A stretch of 64,000 nt of DNA, from the NCBI RefSeq assembly GCF_019232825.1, contig NZ_JAFAND010000118.1:7498-71497 (forward strand). Reading direction: 5' to 3'. A program made the position numbers and the translations under genes. This DNA is from Paludibacterium sp. GTDB taxonomy: Bacteria > Pseudomonadota > Gammaproteobacteria > Burkholderiales > Chromobacteriaceae. Below are positions 1-9,291 of this stretch, piece after piece. The notes beneath the pieces were generated by a model. The model saw only the letters and a program-made list of their open reading frames with translations, was not told the DNA's origin and searched no databases. How positions within the stretch are numbered: the first letter of the stretch is position 1; every line of letters starts with the position of its first letter.

Positions 1-2
1 CC

Positions 3-1406
3 AGCGTCGGCCGCTCCGAGCACCTCGATCTATTCGAGCGCGGCATCGCCCGCAAGCTGGATTTCTCCTTCGCCGGACCGCAGAGTCTGCGTATCGCGCA
101 ATTGTTGGAAGACGGCCGCCTCGAAATCGGCGCCATTCATACCTACATCGAACTCTACGCGCGCATGTTCGTCGACCTGACGCCCAACATCGCGCTGGTC
201 GCCGGCTTCAAGGCCGATCGCGACGGCAATCTCTATACCGGACCGAGCACCGAAGACACGCCGGCCATCGTCGAGGCGACCGCCTTCCGCGACGGCATCG
301 TCATCGCCCAGGTCAACGAAATCGTCGACGACCCGAAAGATCTGCCGCGCGTCGACATCCCCGGCTCCTGGGTCGATTACATCGTCCAAGCCGACCGGCC
401 GTTCTTCATGGAACCGCTGTTCACGCGCGACCCGCGCCTGATCAAGCCGGTGCACGTGTTGATGGGCATGATGGCCATTCGCGGCATTTACGAACGCCAC
501 CAGGTGCAATCGCTCAATCATGGCATCGGCTTCAATACCGCGGCCATCGAACTGCTGCTGCCGACCTATGCCGCCTCGCTCGGCCTCAAGGGCAAGATCT
601 GCAAGCACTGGGCGCTCAATCCGCATCCGACGCTGATTCCGGCCATCGAATCGGGCTGGGTGGAAAGCGTGCACAGCTTCGGCGGCGAAATGGGGATGGA
701 AAACTACATCGCCGCGCGCCCGGACGTGTTCTTCAACGGCCCGGACGGTTCGATGCGCTCGAACCGCGCCTTCTGTCAGCTTGCGGGCCAATACGCCGTG
801 GACATGTTCATCGGCTCGACACTGCAGATCGACGGTGACGGCCACTCGTCGACCGTGACCCGCGGACGGCTGGCCGGCTTCGGCGGCGCGCCGAACATGG
901 GCCACGACCCGCGCGGCCGCCGCCATGCCACCCCCGCCTGGCTCGACATGCTGCAAACCGACAGCCCGCTCGAACGCGGCAAAAAACTGGTGGTGCAGAT
1001 GGTCGAGACCTTCCAGGCCGGCGGCAAACCCACCTTCGTCGAAACGCTCGACGCCGTTCAAGTCGCCAAAGACAGCGGCATGCCGCTGGCGCCGGTCATG
1101 ATCTATGGCGACGACGTCACCCACGTATTGAGCGAGGAAGGCATCGCCTATCTGTACAAGGCGCGCTCGCTGGACGAACGCCGCGCCATGTTGGCCGCGG
1201 TGGCGGGCGTGACGCCGATCGGCATGCGCCGCGACGAGGCATTGACCGAGTCCATGCGCAAACAGGGCTTGATCGCCACACCGGAAGACCTGGGCATCCG
1301 CCGCACCGACGCCACCCGTTCGCTGCTGGCCGCGCGCAGCGTTGCCGACTTGGTCGAGTGGTCCGATGGGCTCTACAACCCGCCGCCCCGCTTTAGGAGC
1401 TGGTAA
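3..1406 (+). CDS. mdcA: Malonate decarboxylase alpha subunit (acetyl-ACP:malonate ACP transferase), 5' end cut by window edge
   Basis: Frame 3 is open from the window edge; the track start at 102 is an internal TTG. The translation (..GAIHTYIELYARMFVDLTPNIALVAGFKADRDGNLYTGPSTEDTP..) is MdcA-like from memory. It is the first gene of a colinear mdc set, with a TAATG stop/start overlap onto mdcB. Confidence 0.9.
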   Translation, partial: SVGRSEHLDLFERGIARKLDFSFAGPQSLRIAQLLEDGRLEIGAIHTYIELYARMFVDLTPNIALVAGFKADRDGNLYTGPSTEDTPAIVEATAFRDGIVIAQVNEIVDDPKDLPRVDIPGSWVDYIVQADRPFFMEPLFTRDPRLIKPVHVLMGMMAIRGIYERHQVQSLNHGIGFNTAAIELLLPTYAASLGLKGKICKHWALNPHPTLIPAIESGWVESVHSFGGEMGMENYIAARPDVFFNGPDGSMRSNRAFCQLAGQYAVDMFIGSTLQIDGDGHSSTVTRGRLAGFGGAPNMGHDPRGRRHATPAWLDMLQTDSPLERGKKLVVQMVETFQAGGKPTFVETLDAVQVAKDSGMPLAPVMIYGDDVTHVLSEEGIAYLYKARSLDERRAMLAAVAGVTPIGMRRDEALTESMRKQGLIATPEDLGIRRTDATRSLLAARSVADLVEWSDGLYNPPPRFRSW

Positions 1407-2272
1407 TGCATAGCGCACTGCGTTCGGCCGTTCGCACCGCCGTCGACCCGCTCGCCGACCGTCTCGCGGCGCATGCCGTGGCGGCGCTTGTCGACGAAGC
1501 CGAGCTGTCGCCGAAGCCGGGGCTCGTCGACAGCCGCGGATCGGGCGCGCACAGCGACCTGACGCTGGCGCTGATGCGACGCTCGGCGGCGACGCTCGGG
1601 CCGACCTTCCTGGCCATGGCGCTCGAGGCGCAATACCGCGCGCCCGGCATCGGGCTGCGCGAGGCGCTTGGCGCGATCGGCCGCGACGGCGAGGCCGCGA
1701 TGATGCACGTCACCCAAGGGGTGAATACGCACCGCGGCGCCATCTGGGCGTTGGGCCTGTTGGTGGCCGCCGCCGCCATGCAGCCCGGCGACTGGCGGCC
1801 CGACGCCGTGGCGGCACGCGCCGCCGCGCTGGCGCGCCTGCCCGACCGGGGCATCCCGCCAGAACGGCGCAAGGGCGACGACGTCTGCAAGGCCTATGGC
1901 ATTCGCGGCGCGCGCGGCGAAGCGCAAGACGGCTTCCCGCACGTGCTCACGCTCGGGTTGCCCACGCTGCTCGCCTCGCGCCGTCGCGGCTGCAACGAGA
2001 CCGCCGCCCGCCTCAACGCGCTGCTGGCGATGATGACGCGCCTGGTCGATACCTGCGTGCTCTCGCGCGGCGGCCTGCCGGCGCTGGAATCAATGCGTCA
2101 GGGCGCCTGCCGTGTGCTGAACGCAGGCGGCGTCGACACCCTGCCGGGACGCCGCGCGCTCATGCAACTGGATCAAAAGATGCTCGAACTGCGAGCCTCC
2201 CCGGGCGGCGCGGCGGACTTGCTAGCCGCCACGCTCTTGCTCGACCGGCTCGTCAGCGACAGTTCGGATTAA
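1406..2272 (+). CDS. mdcB: Triphosphoribosyl-dephospho-CoA synthase
   Basis: 288 aa, CitG/MdcB-like (..PKPGLVDSRGSGAHSDL.. motif). Sits second in the mdc operon and overlaps the mdcA stop by 1 nt. Confidence 0.88.
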   Translation: MHSALRSAVRTAVDPLADRLAAHAVAALVDEAELSPKPGLVDSRGSGAHSDLTLALMRRSAATLGPTFLAMALEAQYRAPGIGLREALGAIGRDGEAAMMHVTQGVNTHRGAIWALGLLVAAAAMQPGDWRPDAVAARAAALARLPDRGIPPERRKGDDVCKAYGIRGARGEAQDGFPHVLTLGLPTLLASRRRGCNETAARLNALLAMMTRLVDTCVLSRGGLPALESMRQGACRVLNAGGVDTLPGRRALMQLDQKMLELRASPGGAADLLAATLLLDRLVSDSSD

Positions 2273-2292
2273 TTCTTCGGAAAGAAACCGCT

Positions 2293-2592
2293 ATGGAAAA
2301 GATTCATCTCGAATACCCGGCGCAACAGCCGGCCGCGCGCGCCACGCACGTGGGCGTGGTCGGCTCGGGCGATCTGGAAGTGCTGGCCGAACCGGGCGAG
2401 TCCGGCAAGACCGTGATCGACATCCGCACCTCGGTGGACGGCAGCGGCCCGGTATGGACCGCGCAGCTGGCTCGCCTATTCGCCGCAGGCCGTCTGCCGG
2501 CCGTCAAGCTGGAAATCAACGACTTCGGCGCCACGCCGGGGGTCGTGCAAATGCGCATCGCGCAAGCGCTGGAGGAGATCGGTCATGCATGA
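2293..2592 (+). CDS. mdcC: Malonate decarboxylase acyl carrier protein (delta subunit)
   Basis: 99 aa. The VGVVGSGDLEVL motif contains the prosthetic-group serine typical of MdcC/CitD-type ACPs. SD-like GGAAAG lies upstream. Confidence 0.9.
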   Translation: MEKIHLEYPAQQPAARATHVGVVGSGDLEVLAEPGESGKTVIDIRTSVDGSGPVWTAQLARLFAAGRLPAVKLEINDFGATPGVVQMRIAQALEEIGHA

Positions 2593-3445
2593 CAACAGAC
2601 AAGACGCCATTTTGGCGCGGCAAAGCTTCATCGAACTCTCCGCCCGCGCCCGCGCCCGCGCCCTGCTCGACGCCGGCAGCTTCCGCGAACTGATCGGTCC
2701 GTTCGCGCGCATGACTTCGCCGTGGCTGACTGCGCAAGGCATCGTGCCGCAAGCCGACGACGGCGTGGTGATCGCCAAGGGCACGCTCGACGGCAAGGCG
2801 ACGGTTGTCGCCGCCATCGAGGGATCGTTCCAGGGCGGGAGCCTCGGCGAAGTCGCCGGCGCCAAGATCGCCGGCGCGTTGGAGCTGGCGGCCGAGGACT
2901 GCCGCCAGGGCCGCCTCACCCAAGCCGTCATTCTGTTCGAAACCGGCGGCGTCCGGCTGCAGGAAGCCAACCTCGGCCTCGCGGCCATCGCCGAAATCCA
3001 CTCGGCCATCGTCGATCTGCGCCAATACGCACCGGTGGTCGGCATCGTCGCCGGCACGGTCGGCTGCTTTGGCGGCATGTCGATCGCCGCCGGACTGTGC
3101 AGCTATCTGATGGTGACGCGCGAAGCGCGCCTGGGTCTGAACGGGCCACAGGTGATCGAACAGGAAGCCGGCGTCGAGGAGTACGACTCGCGCGACCGCC
3201 CGCTCATCTGGGGCTTTACCGGCGGCGAGCAACGCTATGAGACCGGCTTTGCCGACGCATTCATCGCCGACGACGTGGCCGACGTCCAGACACAGCTCGG
3301 CGCGCTGTTTGCCCGCGGCGTGCCCGCGCGCCACCGCAGCGACCGCCACGGCGACTTCCTCGCGCGGCTGGCCCGCGTCGACATCAGCCGCCAAGCCGAT
3401 AGCGCCATGGTGCGCGCCCTGTTCACGAAAGGAGAACAAGCATGA
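2585..3445 (+). CDS. mdcD: Malonate decarboxylase beta subunit (carboxyltransferase)
   Basis: 286 aa, carboxyltransferase-like (SFIELSARARARALLD.., GSLGEVAGAKIAGALELA). Overlaps mdcC by 8 nt. Confidence 0.9.
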   Translation: MHDNRQDAILARQSFIELSARARARALLDAGSFRELIGPFARMTSPWLTAQGIVPQADDGVVIAKGTLDGKATVVAAIEGSFQGGSLGEVAGAKIAGALELAAEDCRQGRLTQAVILFETGGVRLQEANLGLAAIAEIHSAIVDLRQYAPVVGIVAGTVGCFGGMSIAAGLCSYLMVTREARLGLNGPQVIEQEAGVEEYDSRDRPLIWGFTGGEQRYETGFADAFIADDVADVQTQLGALFARGVPARHRSDRHGDFLARLARVDISRQADSAMVRALFTKGEQA

Positions 3446-4266
3446 GTACGTCCTCTCAACCGACACGCGGCGCATTGTGGATCGCCGCCCTCACCGGCGG
3501 CGCGCAGCCGGCCGGCGGCTACCCGGCATCGGTCACGGTCATCGACGCGGCGCTCGCGGGCGAATCCGCCCGCTTTATCGCCGTGGTGCGCGATGAGAAC
3601 CACCGTTTTCCGCGCGTGCACAACGGCGAAGTTGGCTTGGTCGAAGGCTGGACGATCGCCCGCGCGGTCGATGAAGTCGTCGAGGCCGACCGCAACGCCG
3701 CGCAAAAGCGCCCGATCGTCGCCGTCATCGACGTGCCGAGCCAAGCCTACGGCCGGCGTGAGGAGGCTTTCGGCATTCACCAGGCACTGGCCGGCGCCGC
3801 CGGCGCTTATGCCAAGGCCCGCCTGGCCGGGCACCCTGTCATCGGGCTGATCGTCGGCAAGGCGATGTCCGGCGGCTTTCTCGCCCACGGTTATCAGGCC
3901 AACCGCCTGATCGCGCTCGACGACGGCAGCGTCATGGTGCACGCCATGGGCAAGGCCTCGGCCGCCCGCATCACGCTGCGCACGGTCGAGGAGCTGGAAA
4001 AGTTCGCCGCCACGGTGCCGCCGATGGCTTACGACATCGGCAACTACGCCACGCTCGGTCTGTTGTGGACGTTGCAGCAAGTCGCGTCGCCCGACGCGCC
4101 CGGCGCGGCCGACACCGCACAGGTGACCAAGACGCTGGAGCAAGCGCTGGCCGACATCCGCAAGGGGCCTCGCGACTTGTCCGGCCGGCTCAACAACGGC
4201 AACCGCCGGGCCTCGCTCGAAGTGCGCAACCGACTGCGCGCCGAGTGGGATGTTGCCGGCGGCTAA
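3442..4266 (+). CDS. mdcE: Malonate decarboxylase gamma subunit
   Basis: 274 aa. ATGA start/stop overlap with mdcD; carboxyltransferase-like second half; operon position fits. Confidence 0.87.
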   Translation: MSTSSQPTRGALWIAALTGGAQPAGGYPASVTVIDAALAGESARFIAVVRDENHRFPRVHNGEVGLVEGWTIARAVDEVVEADRNAAQKRPIVAVIDVPSQAYGRREEAFGIHQALAGAAGAYAKARLAGHPVIGLIVGKAMSGGFLAHGYQANRLIALDDGSVMVHAMGKASAARITLRTVEELEKFAATVPPMAYDIGNYATLGLLWTLQQVASPDAPGAADTAQVTKTLEQALADIRKGPRDLSGRLNNGNRRASLEVRNRLRAEWDVAGG

Positions 4267-4302
4267 ACCGATTCGAATACACTGACTAAAACGGAGACAA
4301 CA

Positions 4303-5265
4303 ATGACACTCGTCATCATCAACGCCCTGGCGCCGGTGTTCTTCATCATGCTGCTTGGGTACATGGCTGGCAAAATCAAGCTCGTAGACAATCGCAACGT
4401 CTCGCTGCTGAACATTTTCGTGATGGACTTCGCTCTGCCCGCAGCCCTATTCACCGCCACGGTCAAGACGCCGTGGGCCGGCATCGTCAAGGAAAGCCCG
4501 CTGATCATCATCTTGACGTTGTCGATGTGGATCGCCTACGCCGTGTTCTACTTCGTCAATACCCGCGTCTTCAAGAAATCGGCGCAAGACTCGGCCGTGC
4601 TCACGTTGACCGTGGCGCTGCCGAATTACGCCGCGCTGGGGCTGCCGATCCTCAACAGCATTTTCGGCGAGGGCCCCGCGACCTCGTTGAACGTGGCGGT
4701 AGCCATCGCCTGCGGTTCGGTCTTGATGACCCCGTTCTGCCTGATGACCCTCGAAGCCGGCAAGGCCGCGGCCGAAGGCGGCGAACGCCAATCGATGCTG
4801 GCGATGTTGCCGGTGTTGATGGGCCGCTCGCTGAAAAAGCCGATCGTCGCCGGTCCGCTGTTGGGCGTCATTCTGTCCGCGTTGGGCGTCACCATGCCGG
4901 CCATCGTACTGGGCGCCATCAAGCCGCTCGGTCTGTCCGCCACGGCCGCCGCGCTGTTCCTGACCGGCGTCATCCTGTCGGCGCGCCAGCTGAAGATCAA
5001 CATGCCGGTATTGCTCGGCCTCGTCACCAAGAACCTGATTCAGCCGTTCATCGCCTGGGGCATCATTCTCGCCTTTGGTATTCATGGCGACGTGGCGCGA
5101 GCCGGCGTGGTGCTGATCGCGCTGTCGGCGGGCTTCTTCGGCGTAGTGTTCGGCAACCGCTTCGGTGTGCAGTCGCCCGATGCCGAGGGCACGCTGCTGT
5201 TGAGTTCGGTGCTATGTATCCTGAGCGTGCCGCTATTCATCATGCTGACCGCCGGCATGGCCTAA
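4303..5265 (+). CDS. mdcF: AEC (auxin efflux carrier) family transporter, putative malonate carrier
   Basis: 320 aa, about 10 hydrophobic segments, AEC-like N-terminus (MTLVIINALAPVFFIMLLGY). Occupies the mdcF position as in Klebsiella-type mdc operons. Confidence 0.8.
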   Translation: MTLVIINALAPVFFIMLLGYMAGKIKLVDNRNVSLLNIFVMDFALPAALFTATVKTPWAGIVKESPLIIILTLSMWIAYAVFYFVNTRVFKKSAQDSAVLTLTVALPNYAALGLPILNSIFGEGPATSLNVAVAIACGSVLMTPFCLMTLEAGKAAAEGGERQSMLAMLPVLMGRSLKKPIVAGPLLGVILSALGVTMPAIVLGAIKPLGLSATAAALFLTGVILSARQLKINMPVLLGLVTKNLIQPFIAWGIILAFGIHGDVARAGVVLIALSAGFFGVVFGNRFGVQSPDAEGTLLLSSVLCILSVPLFIMLTAGMA

Positions 5266-5295
5266 TCCGAGCAAGACGAAACCTGCCGCCAACGG

Positions 5296-5964
5296 ATGGA
5301 TATCGACATGCGAAAGGATCGTCCCCACGCCCATGATCTGGTCTGGTGCGACAGCCCGGCCGCGCTCGATGCGGGCGCGGCCGGGCTGCCGGACTGGGCG
5401 AGAGAGTGCTGGCACGCCGGGTTGCCGCTGGTCGTCCGGCGCGCGCCGCTCGTCGGCGGGTTATTGCCGGTCGGACTGCGCGGACCGCAACGCAGCCAGC
5501 GCCATCCTGCCCATGTCCGGCTCGACCGCGTCATCCGCCGGGTCACGCCGCAGGACGTGGCGCGCGCCCGCGGCTGGCGCGGCCACCCCCGGCTAGACAG
5601 CGTGCCGCCGCTGCAAGCGCTGATCGCCATCGCCCCGTGGCTGGATGACTGGGGCGTGGACTGGGGTATTACCGGCGCCACCGGTTTCGAGCTCGCCAGC
5701 GGCCATCTCGCCTTGCGCCGCGACAGCGACCTCGACCTGACCCTGCGCTGCCCTCAGCCGCTCGATCGCGCCGAGGCACAGCAACAGTTCGCCTTGCTGC
5801 AAAGCGCGCCCTGCCGTATCGACATCCAGCTGGAAACCCCTCATGGCGCGGTCGCGCTGGCCGAGTGGCTGCGCGGCGGCCGCTGCCTGCTGAAGACCGA
5901 CCTCGGCCCCTTGCTGGTGGGCGATCCCTGGCAGGCGGCCGCGGATCAGGAGATAGCCTCATGA
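5296..5964 (+). CDS. mdcG: Phosphoribosyl-dephospho-CoA transferase (holo-ACP synthase)
   Basis: 222 aa. Lies between mdcF and mdcH, with an ATGA overlap onto the mdcH start. The DSDLDL motif region resembles MdcG nucleotidyltransferases. Confidence 0.8.
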   Translation: MDIDMRKDRPHAHDLVWCDSPAALDAGAAGLPDWARECWHAGLPLVVRRAPLVGGLLPVGLRGPQRSQRHPAHVRLDRVIRRVTPQDVARARGWRGHPRLDSVPPLQALIAIAPWLDDWGVDWGITGATGFELASGHLALRRDSDLDLTLRCPQPLDRAEAQQQFALLQSAPCRIDIQLETPHGAVALAEWLRGGRCLLKTDLGPLLVGDPWQAAADQEIAS

Positions 5965-6935
5965 CCATTCTGTTCACCTTTCCCGGCCAGGGGGCGCAGG
6001 TGCCCGGCATGCTGCACCGGCTGCCGGACCACCCGGCCGTGGCGCACACGCTCAGCCAAGCCAGCGAGGCGCTGGGCGAGGACATTTTGGCGCTCGACAG
6101 CGCCGCCGCGCTCGCCTCGACGCGCGCCGTGCAGCTCTGTCTGCTGGTGGCCGGCGTGGCGGCCGGACGGCTGCTGGATACCCTAGGAAGCCGCCCAGAC
6201 TTGGTGGCCGGGCTGTCGATCGGCGCCTATCCGGCGGCCGTCGTGGCCGGCGCGTTGGACTTTGCCGACGCGGTCCGTCTGGTGGCGCTGCGCGGCACAT
6301 TGATGCAGCAGGCCTATCCGCAGGGGTATGGCATGACCGCCATTCTCGGTCTGCGCGAGGCGGCGTTGGCGCCGTTGCTCGCCGGCTTGCGCGCCGAGGG
6401 CGCGGCCGTTTTTCTCGCCAACATCAACGCCGAAACCCAACTGGTCATCGCCGGCAGCGAGGCCGATATGCAGCGCGCGGCGACGGCCGCCCTGGCCGCG
6501 GGCGCGCACAAGGCGCGCCGGCTGGCGGTCAGCGTGCCATCGCATTGCGCGTTGCTGACGGATTCGGCCCGCGATCTGGCACGGGCTTTCGCCGAGGTCC
6601 CGCTGCAAACGCCGCGCGTGGCTTATCTGAGCGCCAGTTCCGCGCGCGCCCTCTGGCAACCCGAGGCCTTGCGCGACGATCTGGTCAACAATATGGCGCG
6701 CCAGGTGCGATGGCGCGACACCGCGATCAGCGCCTGGGAACGCGGCGCGCGGCTGGCGGTGGAAATGCCGCCCGGCAGCGTGTTGACGCGGCTGGTCAAA
6801 ACGGCATTCTGCGCAGGACTCTCGGTCGCCTTCGACGAAACCCGCGTCGACTCGATCCATCAATTCTGTCAGCGGGAAATCGCGCTGAACGGCGTCTACA
6901 TCCCAGGACGCGGCACCGATTGGGGAACGGACTGA
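5961..6935 (+). CDS. mdcH: Malonyl-CoA:ACP transacylase (epsilon subunit)
   Basis: Starts at MTILFTFPGQGAQ (FabD-type N-terminus) and has the GLSIGAY nucleophile elbow. The track ORF start at 5865 is an upstream extension overlapping mdcG. Confidence 0.88.
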   Translation: MTILFTFPGQGAQVPGMLHRLPDHPAVAHTLSQASEALGEDILALDSAAALASTRAVQLCLLVAGVAAGRLLDTLGSRPDLVAGLSIGAYPAAVVAGALDFADAVRLVALRGTLMQQAYPQGYGMTAILGLREAALAPLLAGLRAEGAAVFLANINAETQLVIAGSEADMQRAATAALAAGAHKARRLAVSVPSHCALLTDSARDLARAFAEVPLQTPRVAYLSASSARALWQPEALRDDLVNNMARQVRWRDTAISAWERGARLAVEMPPGSVLTRLVKTAFCAGLSVAFDETRVDSIHQFCQREIALNGVYIPGRGTDWGTD

Positions 6936-7822
6936 GGAAGCGCCTCCTTCAACAGTTCGATATCGCGCTTGGGCGGCGCGCCGAACAGGCGCGCATATTC
7001 GCGGCTGAATTGTGACGGGCTCTCGTAACCGACGCGGTAGGCCGCGGTCTCGGCGTTGACGGCTCCCGACACCATGAGGTTGCGCGCTTCCAAAAGGCGC
7101 AGCTGCTTTTGATACTGCAACGGCGTCATCGCGGTCAATGCCTTGAATTGGCGGTGAAACGCGGAAGGACTCATCTGCGCCACGCTGGCGAGGTGCTCGA
7201 TGCTGACCGGCTCGGCAAACTGCCCGCGCAGCGTATGGATGGCATCGAGGACGCGCTTCATGGGGTTGTTGGCCAGCGCGAGTTGGGCCACGTCGCCGCC
7301 ATGCGGCCCGGTCAGCAGCCAGTAGCTGATTTCGCGCTGAATCAATGGCGCAACCATCGCAATGGCATGCGGCGTCGCCAACAGCCGCACCATGCGCAGC
7401 ACGCAATCGGCCAACGGACCGCCGAAATCGCTCACGAAGACGCCCTGACCAATGTCGCCGCCACCGGGCGGGGGCGTTTCCAGCGACGTCATCACCTCGC
7501 GCAACAGCGCCAAGTCGAATTCGACCACCACGCCCAGATAGGGCTCGGTGGGGCTGGCTTTGACCACCCGGCTTAACGCCGGCATCTCCACGCTCACCAC
7601 CAGCGCTTGCCCCGGGCCATATTCCAAACGCCGGCCGCCGAAGGTGCTCCACTTGGCGCCCTGCACCACCACACACAACGCCGGCTTGTAGATCAGATGC
7701 ACCGGATGGCGCTCCTGATCGGCGCGCAACAGGGTTAGACCGGGCATGGCCGTGCGAAAGGGGCTCGCGCCCGGCTGGGTGTCGGTATAGCGTTTGACGA
7801 GCTCGATCAGCGTATCCGCCAT
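6896..7822 (-). CDS. AraC family transcriptional regulator
   Basis: C-terminal double HTH (..IEHLASVAQMSPSAFHRQFKALTAMTPLQYQKQLRLLEAR.., SQFSREYARLFGAPP). Start chosen at MADTLIELVKRY (ATG 7822); the track start at 7987 adds an implausible Arg/Cys-rich leader. Confidence 0.85.
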   Translation of the reverse strand: MADTLIELVKRYTDTQPGASPFRTAMPGLTLLRADQERHPVHLIYKPALCVVVQGAKWSTFGGRRLEYGPGQALVVSVEMPALSRVVKASPTEPYLGVVVEFDLALLREVMTSLETPPPGGGDIGQGVFVSDFGGPLADCVLRMVRLLATPHAIAMVAPLIQREISYWLLTGPHGGDVAQLALANNPMKRVLDAIHTLRGQFAEPVSIEHLASVAQMSPSAFHRQFKALTAMTPLQYQKQLRLLEARNLMVSGAVNAETAAYRVGYESPSQFSREYARLFGAPPKRDIELLKEALPQSVPQSVPRPGM

Positions 7823-7989
7823 GGCAGGGGTTCTTCCGGTTTGTTTAGGGTTGCACCGCATAGTACGTCCTCGCGCCGACCGCTGGGCGTGCCATGACAG
7901 GATTAGGCAAGAACGGAGCAGATTTCGACATTCAATCACCTCCGTGCCGACACTAGACTGGCGGCATCCATCCCAACCAGGAGCCACGC

Positions 7990-8751
7990 ATGTCTTCTCC
8001 CCGTAGAATCGCCCTCGTCACCGGCGGCAGCCGCGGCCTGGGCCGCAATACCGTGCTGAATCTGGCTCAGCGCGGCGTCGACGCGGTCTTTACCTTTCAT
8101 CGCCATCAACCCGAGGCGGACAGCGTGGTCGCTCAGGTCGCCGAACTCGGCCGGCAAGCCGTGGCGCTTCCGCTCGACACCGGCAACGTCGCCGTCTTCG
8201 ACGCCTTCGTGGCCGCGCTGCAAGCGGCGTTGGCGCAGCTTGGCGCCGAGCGCATCGACTATCTGGTCAACAACGCCGGCATCTCGCATCATGCGCCCTT
8301 CGCCCAAACGACCGAAGCCGAATTGGACGCCCTCTATAACGTGCATTTCAAAGGGGTGTTTTTCTTGACGCAGAAACTGCTGCCACTGATCAACGACGGC
8401 GGCCGCATCGTCAACATCTCCAGCGGGCTGACGCGCTTGGCCATTCCCGAAAGCGCGCCCTATGCGTCGATGAAGGGCGCGGTCGAGGTGCTGACGCGCT
8501 ATCTGGCCAAAGAGCTGGGTCCGCGCGGCATCGCCGTCAACACCGTGGCGCCGGGCGCCATCGCCACCGATTTCAGCGGCGGCATGGTGCGCGACAACCC
8601 TGAAATCAACCGCCGTGTAGCCGAAATGACCGCGTTGGGCCGCGCCGGCGTACCGGACGATATCGGCCCGATGATCGCCGCGCTCCTATCGGAAGATAAC
8701 CGCTGGATCAACGGTCAGCGCATCGAGGTGTCGGGCGGCATGGTGCTCTAG
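7990..8751 (+). CDS. SDR family oxidoreductase
   Basis: 253 aa with TGGSRGLGR (TGxxxGxG) and YASMKGAVE (YxxxK) motifs. Divergent from the AraC gene. Confidence 0.9.
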   Translation: MSSPRRIALVTGGSRGLGRNTVLNLAQRGVDAVFTFHRHQPEADSVVAQVAELGRQAVALPLDTGNVAVFDAFVAALQAALAQLGAERIDYLVNNAGISHHAPFAQTTEAELDALYNVHFKGVFFLTQKLLPLINDGGRIVNISSGLTRLAIPESAPYASMKGAVEVLTRYLAKELGPRGIAVNTVAPGAIATDFSGGMVRDNPEINRRVAEMTALGRAGVPDDIGPMIAALLSEDNRWINGQRIEVSGGMVL

Positions 8752-8862
8752 GAACCCTCTGAACAAGTTATTTACCGCTGCGGCGGCCCCGAAGGGCTGG
8801 CCGGTTTCCCAGGCGCGGGGCCGGCCGGGGACGCCTAGCATGGGCGCATCCGGGGCGAGGTT

Positions 8863-8885
8863 TAGGGTCTGTCTGCACCCCCTAG
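8863..8885. repeat. REP-like hairpin element, copy 1 (TAGGGTCTGTCTGCACCCCCTAG)
   Basis: Intergenic. TAGGG/CCCTA arms flank a conserved TCTGTCTGC core. Related copies lie at 16367 and 34101. Confidence 0.6.
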
Positions 8886-8928
8886 TCCGCCCCTGTTTGC
8901 CATCCCTTCGCAGGAGACTGTCTTGTTC

Positions 8929-9237
8929 ATGATCACCTTGCTCTATCCCTACAAGGAGCATGCCCGCTTCGACTTCGCCTACTACCTCGGCACGCATGTG
9001 CCGTTCGTTAAGCGCTGCGTCGGTCCAACGCTGAAGGGGATCGTTATCGAAAAGGGTCTGGTCGGCATCATGCCGGACATTCCGCCCCCTTTCCTCGTCA
9101 TTGCCCATCTGTATTTTGAATCGATCAAATCGTTCGAGAACACCTTCGGCGCTCACGCCAAGGAGATTTTCGCCGACATTCCCAACTTCACCGATTTACA
9201 GCCGTTGGCGATGATCAGCGAAGTGATCGCCGAGTGA
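8929..9237 (+). CDS. EthD-family (TIGR02118-like) small protein
   Basis: About 102 aa. The MITLLYPYKEHARFDFAYYLGTHVPFV N-terminus is typical of EthD-like proteins. AGGAG lies at 8912-8916. An alternative TTG start at 8923 is equally possible. Confidence 0.7.
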   Translation: MITLLYPYKEHARFDFAYYLGTHVPFVKRCVGPTLKGIVIEKGLVGIMPDIPPPFLVIAHLYFESIKSFENTFGAHAKEIFADIPNFTDLQPLAMISEVIAE

Positions 9238-9244
9238 GCAAGGA

Positions 9245-9269
9245 AAAGCCGGCCGCGCGGGCCGGCTTT
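9245..9269. terminator. Bidirectional hairpin between convergent genes
   Basis: AAAGCCGGCC-gcgcg-GGCCGGCTTT, a 10-bp GC-rich stem between the EthD gene stop (9237) and the kinase stop (9292). Confidence 0.6.
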
Positions 9270-9291
9270 GCTTGATCCGCGCGAGCGCGCC

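Noticed and set aside
30-1418. 462-aa minus-strand ORF antisense to mdcA. Similar long antisense or off-frame ORFs occur throughout, e.g. 6183-7676(-), 11881-12945(+), 13203-14480(-), 13376-14461(+), 25707-27323(+), 28522-30696(+), 31711-34035(+), 36145-38163(+), 52851-54782(+), 54792-56165(+), 57598-59328(+), 59900-61474(+).
   Set aside because: These are classic high-GC shadow ORFs. Their translations are Arg/Ala/Gly/Pro/His-rich and low in complexity, with no recognisable motifs. Each lies opposite or out of frame to a gene with strong family signatures and proper GC3 bias.
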